Shown in pieces: positions 17,672 to 26,901 of a stretch of 44,609 nucleotides of DNA. The notes under the pieces are model-generated. The model had not been told where the DNA came from. It ran no database searches and saw only the letters and a program-made list of their open reading frames with translations. Position numbers and translations under genes: made by a program. Every line of letters starts with the position of its first letter. Position 1 is the first letter of the stretch. The DNA is from a virus (lineage: Duplodnaviria > Heunggongvirae > Uroviricota > Caudoviricetes): positions 1 to 44,609 of the IMG/VR virus record IMGVR_UViG_3300045988_011059; one strand, given 5' to 3'.

Positions 17672-19976
17672 TACGGCTTCCCTAATCGCCAGAGTAAAAA
17701 CTGAAGGGGCTGACGTCGCTGCCAAACAGCTTGACGCTATGGCGGCATCCGCAGACCGGGCGGACACATCTGTAAACAAACTAACGCCGGATGTTAATAA
17801 AGTTAACACCGCCACCTCTAAAGCAGCGTCCGACGGTTTCGCTAAGTTCCGTAACGCTGCTGGGCAGGTTGGTTTCCAGGTGCAGGACATGGTAGTCCAG
17901 TTGCAATCCGGTACGTCTGCATTCGTTGCGATAGGGCAGCAAGGTTCCCAACTTGCTGGCGCTTTCGGCCCTGGTGGTGCGGTGCTCGGGGCGGTAATCG
18001 CTCTAGCATCAGCAATTGGTGGTGTCCTGTACAAATCACTAACCGAAGCAGAAGGCAGTTCAAAAGACCTCGAAGCTGCGCAGAAGCAGTTAAAGGATAC
18101 TTTCCAGCAAACGGCATCTGGCTCCCTCGAACTGACAGACGGCCTTATCCAGCTTACCCAAATCAGCAGAGAAGCGGCGGAGACTCAGCTTGCTCTGGCT
18201 AAGGCTAACGCAGACCTTATCGCGCAGCAAACAGCTAAAGCTGTCCGCGAGGACGCCGAGTCATGGGAGACATGGAAAGCCTCCACGGCATCCGCTATTA
18301 GCCAGTACGATGCATTGGTCTCTAAGGGTGCGGATGTAGGCGACACGTTAGAAAAACTTGGCGGCACTTACGAGGGTAACATCGTAGGCGTCAACATGCT
18401 GGCGCAGAATATAGCGGAGCTTAGCAGTAAGTTCGGGGTTAACCGTGACCAGGCGCTGGAGATGATAGCGGCGCAGAGCGCGTTTAACAAAGAGCCAACC
18501 GCCGAGAATGCCCGCCGCATCGCCGATGTGTTTACCGACTGGCTCGGTAACACAAAACAGTTGAACCCGGAACTTATCCGCCTGACTGACAACGCCAACA
18601 AGAACGCCACGGCACTGGAGAACGCGGAGAAGTCAGCAAACGCGGCAGCAGAGGCCCAAAAGAATCTCGGTCGTAACGTTAACTCAACCACGCAGAGGTT
18701 CCAGGAACAGAACGAAGCTATCGTCAAGAATCAGCAAATTGCCATCTTAAGCGACCGCGAACGCATCCGGGCGCAAGCTGAACTGGACAAGCAGGCATTC
18801 GCTAAGCGTGAAGCTGTCACCAAAGAACAGATAGCCGCGTATAACGCAGCCCGTGACACGGAAGCACAGCAAGACATCGCTCGCATCGACGCGACCGAAA
18901 AAGCGAAGGCAGACCGCGAGGCTAAATCGAACGAGAAACGTCTGGCGGCGCAGGCCAAACGTGAAGAAACGGCGGCACAACGCCAGAAGAAAGCCGCGGA
19001 AGATTTCCTCGCTACGGTTGACCGTACAACCGGAGATGAAATTTCTCGCATCACGGCGGCCGAAGAGCAGAAACTGGCGAAACTTGAAGAGTTCAACCGC
19101 GCCGGAACGATAAGCCAGCAGCAGTATGAAAACGCCAAAACTCAGATTATGCTGGAGGCGGATACCGCACGGCAGCAAGAATTGGATAAGCGCGAGAAAG
19201 AACGGCAGGAGAAAAAGCAGAAAGGCGACGACTTCATGGCTCAGATTATTGGCCAGAACGCTACTGAGCTTGAGCTTCTCGACATCCAGGAGCAGCAGAA
19301 ACTGGCGGTCGCAGATAAGTACCGTGAGCAAGGGCTTATTAGTGAGAAGCAGTATCAGGCCGCGCTTAACGCCATCAACGAGCAATACGCCACCAAGCGT
19401 GCCGACGCAACGGCAACCGCCTTCGGTAACATGGCGTCAAACATCGGGTCTGCGTTGGGCGAGGCCTCTGGTGCGTATAAGGCATTCGCTATCGTACAGG
19501 CCACCATAGCCACGTACACCGCAGCTATCGAGGCGTACAAGTCCACGGCGGCTATCCCTGTAGTTGGCCCGTTCCTGGCCCCCGTAGCCGCTGCCGCTGC
19601 CGTTGGGGCGGGTATGGCGCAGGTTTCCGCTATCCGGTCCGCGCGTGAACAGGGCGGACAGTTATCCGCAGGGCAGGCTTCCACCATCGCAGAACGCGGT
19701 AAACCGGAAGTTATCATGCCGGCCGGCGCATCCCGTGTGCGCACCGCCCAGCAGATGAAAGAAATTATGGGGCAAAACGGGTCTTCTTCAGGCCCGTCTA
19801 ATGTTACTATCGTAAACAACACGAGTTCTCAAATCAGCAACGTATCCACCGAACAAGATGATGAAGGGCGTCTTCGTATCATCATCGAAGAGCAAGTGGC
19901 AGCCTCTTTGCAGAACAGCAACAGTAAGATTAGCAAGGCCCGCAAGGCCACAAGAAATGCGCCGGGGTTCAAGTAA
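17664..19976 (+). CDS. Tail tape measure protein
   Basis: About 770-aa Ala/Gln/Glu-rich coiled-coil protein with a hydrophobic segment, directly after the chaperone genes. Confidence 0.85.
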   Translation: MADTASLIARVKTEGADVAAKQLDAMAASADRADTSVNKLTPDVNKVNTATSKAASDGFAKFRNAAGQVGFQVQDMVVQLQSGTSAFVAIGQQGSQLAGAFGPGGAVLGAVIALASAIGGVLYKSLTEAEGSSKDLEAAQKQLKDTFQQTASGSLELTDGLIQLTQISREAAETQLALAKANADLIAQQTAKAVREDAESWETWKASTASAISQYDALVSKGADVGDTLEKLGGTYEGNIVGVNMLAQNIAELSSKFGVNRDQALEMIAAQSAFNKEPTAENARRIADVFTDWLGNTKQLNPELIRLTDNANKNATALENAEKSANAAAEAQKNLGRNVNSTTQRFQEQNEAIVKNQQIAILSDRERIRAQAELDKQAFAKREAVTKEQIAAYNAARDTEAQQDIARIDATEKAKADREAKSNEKRLAAQAKREETAAQRQKKAAEDFLATVDRTTGDEISRITAAEEQKLAKLEEFNRAGTISQQQYENAKTQIMLEADTARQQELDKREKERQEKKQKGDDFMAQIIGQNATELELLDIQEQQKLAVADKYREQGLISEKQYQAALNAINEQYATKRADATATAFGNMASNIGSALGEASGAYKAFAIVQATIATYTAAIEAYKSTAAIPVVGPFLAPVAAAAAVGAGMAQVSAIRSAREQGGQLSAGQASTIAERGKPEVIMPAGASRVRTAQQMKEIMGQNGSSSGPSNVTIVNNTSSQISNVSTEQDDEGRLRIIIEEQVAASLQNSNSKISKARKATRNAPGFK

Positions 19977-21376
19977 TGAGCGACTTATATTTCCCACGTA
20001 GCCTTAAGCCAGTGGTGTCAAAAGGCTACTCAATGACCAGACGCAACAACGTCTGGAGTGTTGATTTAGCCGGTGGCGGGGTGCGTCAGGGCCGTGACAC
20101 GTATTACGACGTGTTCCCTGTTAGCGTAACCCTGATTACATCCGCAATGGGGCGACAGGCGTTTCTGTCGTTCCTCGAAAAAGTAGACGGCGGTGCGTCA
20201 AGTTTCTGGATGGCGCACGACTTCGGCATGGGCATCGAAGATTATCAGGTAACAATCACATCCACCATCGCGGAGTCCACCGAAGACGGCATTAACTGGA
20301 CGATTACCTTCACGGCAACCGCCGAGAAATCGCCGTTCCAGGACCAAGAGAACCAGTGCCTGATTAACAATCTTCCAGATTTGTACGGTTGTTACGGGGA
20401 TTGTCTGGGTAGTTTCCTGAAAATATATGCGAACTATGAGACGACGTTCCCTCGCATCTGGAGCAATGAAGGGCCTGCAGGATACCCGCCGATTAACCTT
20501 CTGGCGTCGACTCTTGATAGCCGCATTGTGTATGACGGGCCGCAGGTTTATTACATCAACCGCAACGGCAATCTTGTGCAGTCCGCTGCCGATGAATGGC
20601 CTCTTACGTTTATCGATGGGGTTGCTGTCGGGCGCGTACCTCCTGACAATGGGGTGGTCAATTTTCTAACACAATCATCTAATCTTTCCGAAACATCGTG
20701 GAGCAGGACAAGAGTAAACGTGATTTGGGCCTCTGACGAACTGTCTACGGACTACACGTACAGCCTGATACCAACTGCGGTATCCGGAAGTCATTCTGTA
20801 CAACAGATAGTTACCGGTAGTTTTATGGATGGATCAAAGTATACATTCTCTTGGTGTTTCAAGTCTTACGGGTACAGGTTTATACGGTTGCGCGTATATG
20901 ATGATATAGGGGTACTAGGCGATTCTGTTGTAGACCTGTCTGACGGCGAGGTGTCTTCCGGGGCGAGCGGCACTACTGTGACTAACCTCGGTAGCGGATG
21001 GTTCCGCGTAACAGAAACAATAACATTCTCGTCAGCTAAAGGGTCGGCATACTTAGGCATAATGGCATGGGTGTATAACTCCGCAACAGGGTCATCATTC
21101 ATCGGAGATGGGGTTAGTGGGGTACTGTCTTGTGCCCCGCAAATGGAGCGTAGTAGTTTCGCGACATCACCTATAATCACAGGACCATCGCCCGTTACTC
21201 GGTATTCCGCAACTGCAAAAGTAGCAATGAACGGCGCAACAAGTATCGACATCACCTACTCCGACAGCTCTGTGGTAAACGTTCAGGCTGTTGATGGCTA
21301 CGCCGCCATACCACGGGCTAATTCAGCGTGGGGGAGTAAATATATCACCCGTATTGATTTTAATGTGGACGGTTAA
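19976..21376 (+). CDS. Minor / distal tail protein
   Basis: First gene after the tape measure (TAATG overlap); C-terminal two-thirds visibly more AT-rich. Confidence 0.6.
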   Translation: MSDLYFPRSLKPVVSKGYSMTRRNNVWSVDLAGGGVRQGRDTYYDVFPVSVTLITSAMGRQAFLSFLEKVDGGASSFWMAHDFGMGIEDYQVTITSTIAESTEDGINWTITFTATAEKSPFQDQENQCLINNLPDLYGCYGDCLGSFLKIYANYETTFPRIWSNEGPAGYPPINLLASTLDSRIVYDGPQVYYINRNGNLVQSAADEWPLTFIDGVAVGRVPPDNGVVNFLTQSSNLSETSWSRTRVNVIWASDELSTDYTYSLIPTAVSGSHSVQQIVTGSFMDGSKYTFSWCFKSYGYRFIRLRVYDDIGVLGDSVVDLSDGEVSSGASGTTVTNLGSGWFRVTETITFSSAKGSAYLGIMAWVYNSATGSSFIGDGVSGVLSCAPQMERSSFATSPIITGPSPVTRYSATAKVAMNGATSIDITYSDSSVVNVQAVDGYAAIPRANSAWGSKYITRIDFNVDG

Positions 21377-21379
21377 CTT

Positions 21380-21895
21380 ATGAGCCAGGAATCAGTAGAA
21401 GCAGCCTACCGCCGTAAGCTGGCCTCAAACCCCGACGGCGAGATGGACTACATCACGTTGCAAATCAGCCACCCGTTGCTATCGAAGACGTATTATCTTG
21501 TGCGCGGGCTACAGGAACTTACGGCAACACTGGAGACGGGCGAAACTATCACATTCGAACCCACCCCGATGGAAGCGTCGGGGGCGGCTAATAATAGCGA
21601 TATGGACCAGACGACGACGTTTACTTTACCGGATATTCTCAATCAACTTGATGATGAGATGGATAAAATCCCGATGAGTAACACCGAGTTGCCAAAGTTC
21701 GTATTCCGCCGGTATGTCAGCACCGACCTGTCCTATCCCGCGGACGGCCCTGTCGTGTACGAGTTACAGGCTATCAACCAGGAGAAAGGCGAGTTCTCCG
21801 CGGATGTCGGTACACCTATGCTGAACCAACGAAGCACTGGTATACTGATGACACCTAAAGAGATACCGTTATTACGCGGCCTGTTGACCACATGA
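21380..21895 (+). CDS. Minor tail protein
   Basis: ORF track; position in tail tip cluster. Confidence 0.55.
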   Translation: MSQESVEAAYRRKLASNPDGEMDYITLQISHPLLSKTYYLVRGLQELTATLETGETITFEPTPMEASGAANNSDMDQTTTFTLPDILNQLDDEMDKIPMSNTELPKFVFRRYVSTDLSYPADGPVVYELQAINQEKGEFSADVGTPMLNQRSTGILMTPKEIPLLRGLLTT

Positions 21896-22257
21896 ATATT
21901 AACGACTACACGGGTATACCTTACGACTTTCGCAAGCGCAATTGCTGGCATCACGTGCGCATTGTACGGGCAGATGCTGGGTTAGAAACTCCGGCGTTCG
22001 ACGTTACAAGCCCCACGGCAATTAACGAAGCGTTTGACGAAGGCCACCGCAACACGAAGGGGCTTACGAAAATCGATAAGCCTGAAAACTTCTGTGCGGT
22101 GCTTATGGGGTACCGCCGTGGTGGGCGTATCGTGTGGCACGCGGGAGTTTACTTCGACGGGATGGTGAGCCATTGCGAGCTTGCGTCCCGTCAGGTACGG
22201 CTTGACAGGCTGGTGGACCTCAGAGACACGTACACGGAGATTGAATTTTGGCGATAA
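21892..22257 (+). CDS. Tail assembly protein with NlpC/P60-like Cys-His motif
   Basis: NCWHHV...H motif typical of NlpC/P60 cysteine peptidases, as in lambda gpK-type proteins. Confidence 0.6.
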   Translation: MNINDYTGIPYDFRKRNCWHHVRIVRADAGLETPAFDVTSPTAINEAFDEGHRNTKGLTKIDKPENFCAVLMGYRRGGRIVWHAGVYFDGMVSHCELASRQVRLDRLVDLRDTYTEIEFWR

Positions 22258-24803
22258 TCCTGCACTACACGCGAAATGCCGACGGGGCTTTCGACCGTAC
22301 AAAACACGTTGGGATGCCGATGGAGTTTGTTGTTAACCGTATTCCTGACGGTGTGCCTGTGCGCGTCTACCTCGGCGAGATTGGCGATGACACGGACGTA
22401 ACGGACGACTTCGACGCGCTTAAAGACGAAGACGCTGTGTACCACATTATAGAGGGTGCTGGCAGCGGCGCGCTTGGCGCAGTTAGTAAGGTGTTCGGCT
22501 TTATCCTTAAGCCAATTGCTAAGTTGTTTGGTCTGAACACGGCAGCCAACGCCAACTACACGGCGACTAACAACCAGACAACATCACCGAATAACAGCCT
22601 CACAGACCGCTCCAACAAGCCGCGTCCTTACGCGCGCTCTTATGACATCTGCGGGACTGTGCAGACAATCCCCAACGACCTTATGCAGACGTATAAGGCG
22701 TTCAACTCCACTGGTGCTTTGCTGGAATATTCGTACTATGACGCAGGGCGCGGGCATCTGCATATTGAGGCTGATGGCGTAACAGAGGGCGACACCCTGA
22801 TAAGCGACATCACAGGTTCCTCTGTTGCCGTATACGCGCCGTATACGTCACCGAACAACACCACATCGCCGCAACTACAAATCGGCGACGTCATTGACCA
22901 GAAACTCTATGTAACATACTCCAACGACGACGTTGACGGTATCGTACTGAAAGCGCCAAACGACATCGGGGCTAACCCAAGCTCCGGTGGAACCGCCAAA
23001 CGTATTTCAACCACCGGCTATATCTATGACCCGTCTGGTGACTCTGCTTTTTCTGAGTTTCTTAGCGTCGGTGGTGTCGCGGTGCTGAGCAACTTTGACG
23101 TTAAGGACGTCACTAACCTGAACGGCTCGTTTGAGGTTTTATACGTTGACGACTTTGAGGTTCGGTTGTATGTCGGGGATATAGGTAACTGGGGCAACCT
23201 TAATAACGGAGAGACTTACGCGCTTACAGAGCGTTCAGATACGTTTATCGGTCCGAGCAACACCTATGACGTCTCTCTTACGGACTGGTATTACATGGTA
23301 CGCGGAGAAGTTGACCGGGTGCTTGCTAACGTTGCCGGGCAAAACGGCCTCTACAAATACGACGGCGGCTATAACCGCACCAGCGTAACCGTAGAACTCC
23401 AGTACCAGATGATTGATTCTCAGCGCAACCCATTGAGCGATATTTACACGGTACAGGCCACAATTACAGGTAACAATACTGACTACGTCGGCACGTCCAT
23501 TTATGGGCAGTTGCCAACTGCATCGCGTTTCCGCGCCCGTATGCGTCGTGTAACTAATTTCGATAAAGACTACGACGGTACGGTAAGTGACGAGATAACC
23601 TTCATAAACCTGTATGGCCAGTCGCTGGATACAACCCCTCACTACGGAAACCGAACTACCGTACACTGCGCCCGTAAACAGACGCCGCGCGCCGCCAGTA
23701 TCGATAACCCTGAACTGCGCATGATTGCAACCGAGATGTGCTACAAATACTTAGGCAATGGGGTATTTGATACGGTAATGTCACCAAATACTCAGGCTGT
23801 GCAGTCACTAATTCGACTGGCACGTGACCCTGCGGTAGGTAATCTGGAACTGACAACGGCAAACATGGACAAGTTACTCGCCGTGCAGGAAGAGATTGAG
23901 TCCTATTTCGGAAGTGAATTGGCGGGGCAGTTCTGCTACACGTTCGACGACTACGACACTACGATGCAGGACATCGTTCAGACCATAGCGGAAGCCGTGT
24001 TCTGTACTGCGTACCGTAAAGGCGCGGATATTATGCTTCGATTTGACCGTCCGGTCGCTGGACCAGAGATGGTGTTCACCCACCGCAGCAAAACGACCGG
24101 TACGGAGAAATGGACCCGCACGTTCAATGATTCGACAACCTACGATAGCCTGTCGTTCTCGTACATCGACCCGGATACTAACGTACAGGAAACTATTTAT
24201 ATCCCGGAAGAACTCGGTGCAAACACTGAGGAATACGAATCAAAGGGCGTGCGCAACTATCAGCAAGCGTACTGGCTGGCGTGGCGTCGCTACCAACGCA
24301 ATGCGTTAAGTAAAGTTGTCGTAGAGTTCGAAGCTACGGAAGAAGGTGCGCTCGCTACCCCCGGCGGGGTAATCAGCGTGGTTAAAGGCTCTCGCATTGC
24401 GCCGCAAGATGGTTATGTTGTTGCCGTTAATGGGCTTACACTGACACTGTCCCAGCCTGTTACGTTTACTCCCGGTGATGACCACTCCATCATCCTCAAG
24501 AAGCGCGACGGCTCCGTACAGAGTATATCTGTTATCAAAGGAAGCCACGACCGCGAGGTGATTATGCTCTCTGCGCCGGAGGAGGCAATCTACACAGGGA
24601 ATAGCGCGCTAAAAACTGAGTTTTCATTCGGTAACGAAGCAAGGCATAATGCTCAGAAGATAGTTGTTTCTTCAATAGACCCTGGCGACGACCGCACGGT
24701 CAAGATTACGGGTTACAACTATGACGACGGATTCTACAAATACGACGGCGTCGCGCCATACGGCAGCGGTTTCTCCGACGGATTCAGCAACGGTTTTAAT
24801 TAA
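22248..24803 (+). CDS. Tail tip / host specificity protein (gpJ-like)
   Basis: 851-aa ORF after the gpK-like gene; TTG start with GGAGA RBS. Confidence 0.7.
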   Translation: MAIILHYTRNADGAFDRTKHVGMPMEFVVNRIPDGVPVRVYLGEIGDDTDVTDDFDALKDEDAVYHIIEGAGSGALGAVSKVFGFILKPIAKLFGLNTAANANYTATNNQTTSPNNSLTDRSNKPRPYARSYDICGTVQTIPNDLMQTYKAFNSTGALLEYSYYDAGRGHLHIEADGVTEGDTLISDITGSSVAVYAPYTSPNNTTSPQLQIGDVIDQKLYVTYSNDDVDGIVLKAPNDIGANPSSGGTAKRISTTGYIYDPSGDSAFSEFLSVGGVAVLSNFDVKDVTNLNGSFEVLYVDDFEVRLYVGDIGNWGNLNNGETYALTERSDTFIGPSNTYDVSLTDWYYMVRGEVDRVLANVAGQNGLYKYDGGYNRTSVTVELQYQMIDSQRNPLSDIYTVQATITGNNTDYVGTSIYGQLPTASRFRARMRRVTNFDKDYDGTVSDEITFINLYGQSLDTTPHYGNRTTVHCARKQTPRAASIDNPELRMIATEMCYKYLGNGVFDTVMSPNTQAVQSLIRLARDPAVGNLELTTANMDKLLAVQEEIESYFGSELAGQFCYTFDDYDTTMQDIVQTIAEAVFCTAYRKGADIMLRFDRPVAGPEMVFTHRSKTTGTEKWTRTFNDSTTYDSLSFSYIDPDTNVQETIYIPEELGANTEEYESKGVRNYQQAYWLAWRRYQRNALSKVVVEFEATEEGALATPGGVISVVKGSRIAPQDGYVVAVNGLTLTLSQPVTFTPGDDHSIILKKRDGSVQSISVIKGSHDREVIMLSAPEEAIYTGNSALKTEFSFGNEARHNAQKIVVSSIDPGDDRTVKITGYNYDDGFYKYDGVAPYGSGFSDGFSNGFN

Positions 24804-24815
24804 AGAGGACTCTAT

Positions 24816-26735
24816 ATGTCAAGCGGATGCGGTGACGTTTTAAGCCTGGCGGATTTACAAACCGCTAAGAAACACCAGATTTTCGAAGCTGAGGTAATTA
24901 CCGGGAAACAAGGTGGTGTCGCTGGTGGCGCTGATATCGATTACGCGACCAATGCCGTTACAGGGCAGACCCAGAAGACACTGCCGGCGGTGTTGCGTGA
25001 CGCCGGGTTCAGGCCAGCTTCTTTTAATTTCACCACCGGCGGCACCTTAGGCGTGAACGACGCTGACCTGGCCGTTCTGTGGCCGGAGTCCGACGGCGGG
25101 GACGGTAACTATTACGCATGGAAAGGGTCACTGCCTAAAGTAATCCCGGCGGCATCCACACCTGATTCAACCGGAGGTATCGGTAGCGGGGCCTGGTCAG
25201 TGGTTGGCGATGTCACTTTGCGCAGCGACTTAAAATCTCCTGATGGGATGTACATGGTCGGAGGTGACCTAAAATCCTACGGTGCTGATGCTTCTGGGGT
25301 ATTGCCGTGCGACGCCTATATTTCGCAAATGCTAGCTGATAAAAAATTCATAGTTAACTCTGGTACTTACCTAATAACATCATCTCATGAGGTGGATATT
25401 TCATCCCTTGAATATGTCGAGGTTGGCCCGGACGTTGAATTTATCATTAGAAGCAACATCAACGGATTTATATTTAAGAATCCAAACGCCAATTTCGACG
25501 CAAACGGCATGCGGATAACAGTAGACATCCCCGGCGGTGGATACAGTAGGATAGCCTTAACTTTAAGAGGTAGCAAATACTACACCGGACCTTCTAACCT
25601 TGGGCGATTAACCCAGAAGAATAAATTCGGTCCGTTTTACGTGTTTAACCGACAAGGGGCTGTTAAACAAGAATCAGCGTCTGCTCCTGTTACCGATGAG
25701 GGGTACGGCTTCTCCATAGACTGCAACTCAGCAGATGAAGAAATACTGATATGGAACGAAGTTGATGTCTCATCCACTGGGTTTACTGTGGCTCATGCAA
25801 TAGGCGTAGGAACAAATCCACTTAACTTTATTTCATCTCTTGACCTTAAGTTGGTATCCTGGTTCAGTACATATCATTTCAGGGATACCAGCATCCCGCA
25901 ATCTGGTGGCAACGTAGCTGGAGGAATTGGTGATGTGCATGTGCGATTACAATCACAACCTCACGCTCAGATGGTTAAGGTTGTGCATATGGAACACGCG
26001 CCGGGGTTCATGAGCGGCTGCCGATTTGACCTATCAATCTGGGACCCTAACGCCTACGGCTATACCGCTAATGTGGTAGATGCATCCGTGACAAACGAAT
26101 ATACAAATACTATGGAGCGGAAATCGTACCCGTTAACTCGAGTGCTGAATATGGTAGATGGTAGTATATTCCCGGTAGTGAATTACACCAGTAGTATCCA
26201 GCAGTCGGATATACTTTCCAGTAGTGACCCTGAGCTGGCTAAGTACTTGTACCTGTCAACAGTAACTCCAGAAATGACGGTGATACAGGCGTGTAATGCC
26301 ATTAAAACATGGTGTAACGAAAATAACATCCGTAATAATTTTGAATTCAAAGTGTTTTTAGGTGACTCTACCGTCGATATACGTAACGTTTTTCTCCCGT
26401 GGATAACAGCTATAGGTGACTACTCCGGATACTTACATCTATATGCTACTTTTTACAATGGCATTATAAATACAGTGCGTGTCGAGTACGAGGTTAATCC
26501 TATAACCAGCGGGGGAAAGACAGAGAAACACGAAATATTATGGACAAACACAACAGGTCTTGTGTCGCATCGCCTGATTGAGTACTCATTCGGCACCACT
26601 GCTGAGATAAAAAGCAAGGTAGCCATACAGGCAAAAGGGTTCACAACTTTCGACTCTACTTTTAACCTCCCTGTTTGGTATAATGGAAATAATTCATGGC
26701 TTAAAGCAGACGGTTCTGTTGCGTACACCCTATAA
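24816..26735 (+). CDS. Tailspike / tail fibre protein
   Basis: 639-aa last gene of the tail operon; GC-richer N-terminal part, AT-rich C-terminal part; followed by a strong terminator. Confidence 0.7.
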   Translation: MSSGCGDVLSLADLQTAKKHQIFEAEVITGKQGGVAGGADIDYATNAVTGQTQKTLPAVLRDAGFRPASFNFTTGGTLGVNDADLAVLWPESDGGDGNYYAWKGSLPKVIPAASTPDSTGGIGSGAWSVVGDVTLRSDLKSPDGMYMVGGDLKSYGADASGVLPCDAYISQMLADKKFIVNSGTYLITSSHEVDISSLEYVEVGPDVEFIIRSNINGFIFKNPNANFDANGMRITVDIPGGGYSRIALTLRGSKYYTGPSNLGRLTQKNKFGPFYVFNRQGAVKQESASAPVTDEGYGFSIDCNSADEEILIWNEVDVSSTGFTVAHAIGVGTNPLNFISSLDLKLVSWFSTYHFRDTSIPQSGGNVAGGIGDVHVRLQSQPHAQMVKVVHMEHAPGFMSGCRFDLSIWDPNAYGYTANVVDASVTNEYTNTMERKSYPLTRVLNMVDGSIFPVVNYTSSIQQSDILSSSDPELAKYLYLSTVTPEMTVIQACNAIKTWCNENNIRNNFEFKVFLGDSTVDIRNVFLPWITAIGDYSGYLHLYATFYNGIINTVRVEYEVNPITSGGKTEKHEILWTNTTGLVSHRLIEYSFGTTAEIKSKVAIQAKGFTTFDSTFNLPVWYNGNNSWLKADGSVAYTL

Positions 26736-26740
26736 AACTA

Positions 26741-26762
26741 AGGCCCCAAACGGGGCCTTTTC
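26741..26762. terminator. Bidirectional rho-independent terminator
   Basis: AGGCCCC-AAAC-GGGGCCTTTT between convergent operons. Confidence 0.7.
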
Positions 26763-26763
26763 T

Positions 26764-26901
26764 CTACTCTTCTGATAACTTCTCCAGTACATACGCCAGT
26801 TGCGCATTAGCGGCGTCTCGCTGTTGTCGTAGTCGTAGAACCTCTTCTTCGAGTTCTTTGATACGTTTTTGCAATGCCGGAATCGTGGATATGATGTTCA
26901 T
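26764..26901 (-). CDS. Hypothetical coiled-coil small protein (45 aa)
   Basis: Hand-translated; ATG overlaps the helicase stop (ATGA). Confidence 0.35.
   Translation of the reverse strand: MNIISTIPALQKRIKELEEEVLRLRQQRDAANAQLAYVLEKLSEE

Noticed and set aside
18368-19385. Three minus-strand ORFs (18368..18727, 18731..19138, 18747..19385) and the plus-strand ORFs 18853..19113 and 19126..19509
   Set aside because: All lie inside the tape measure gene, antisense or in alternative frames; their products are low-complexity Arg/Ser/Leu-rich; the tape measure frame is continuous and fits the operon
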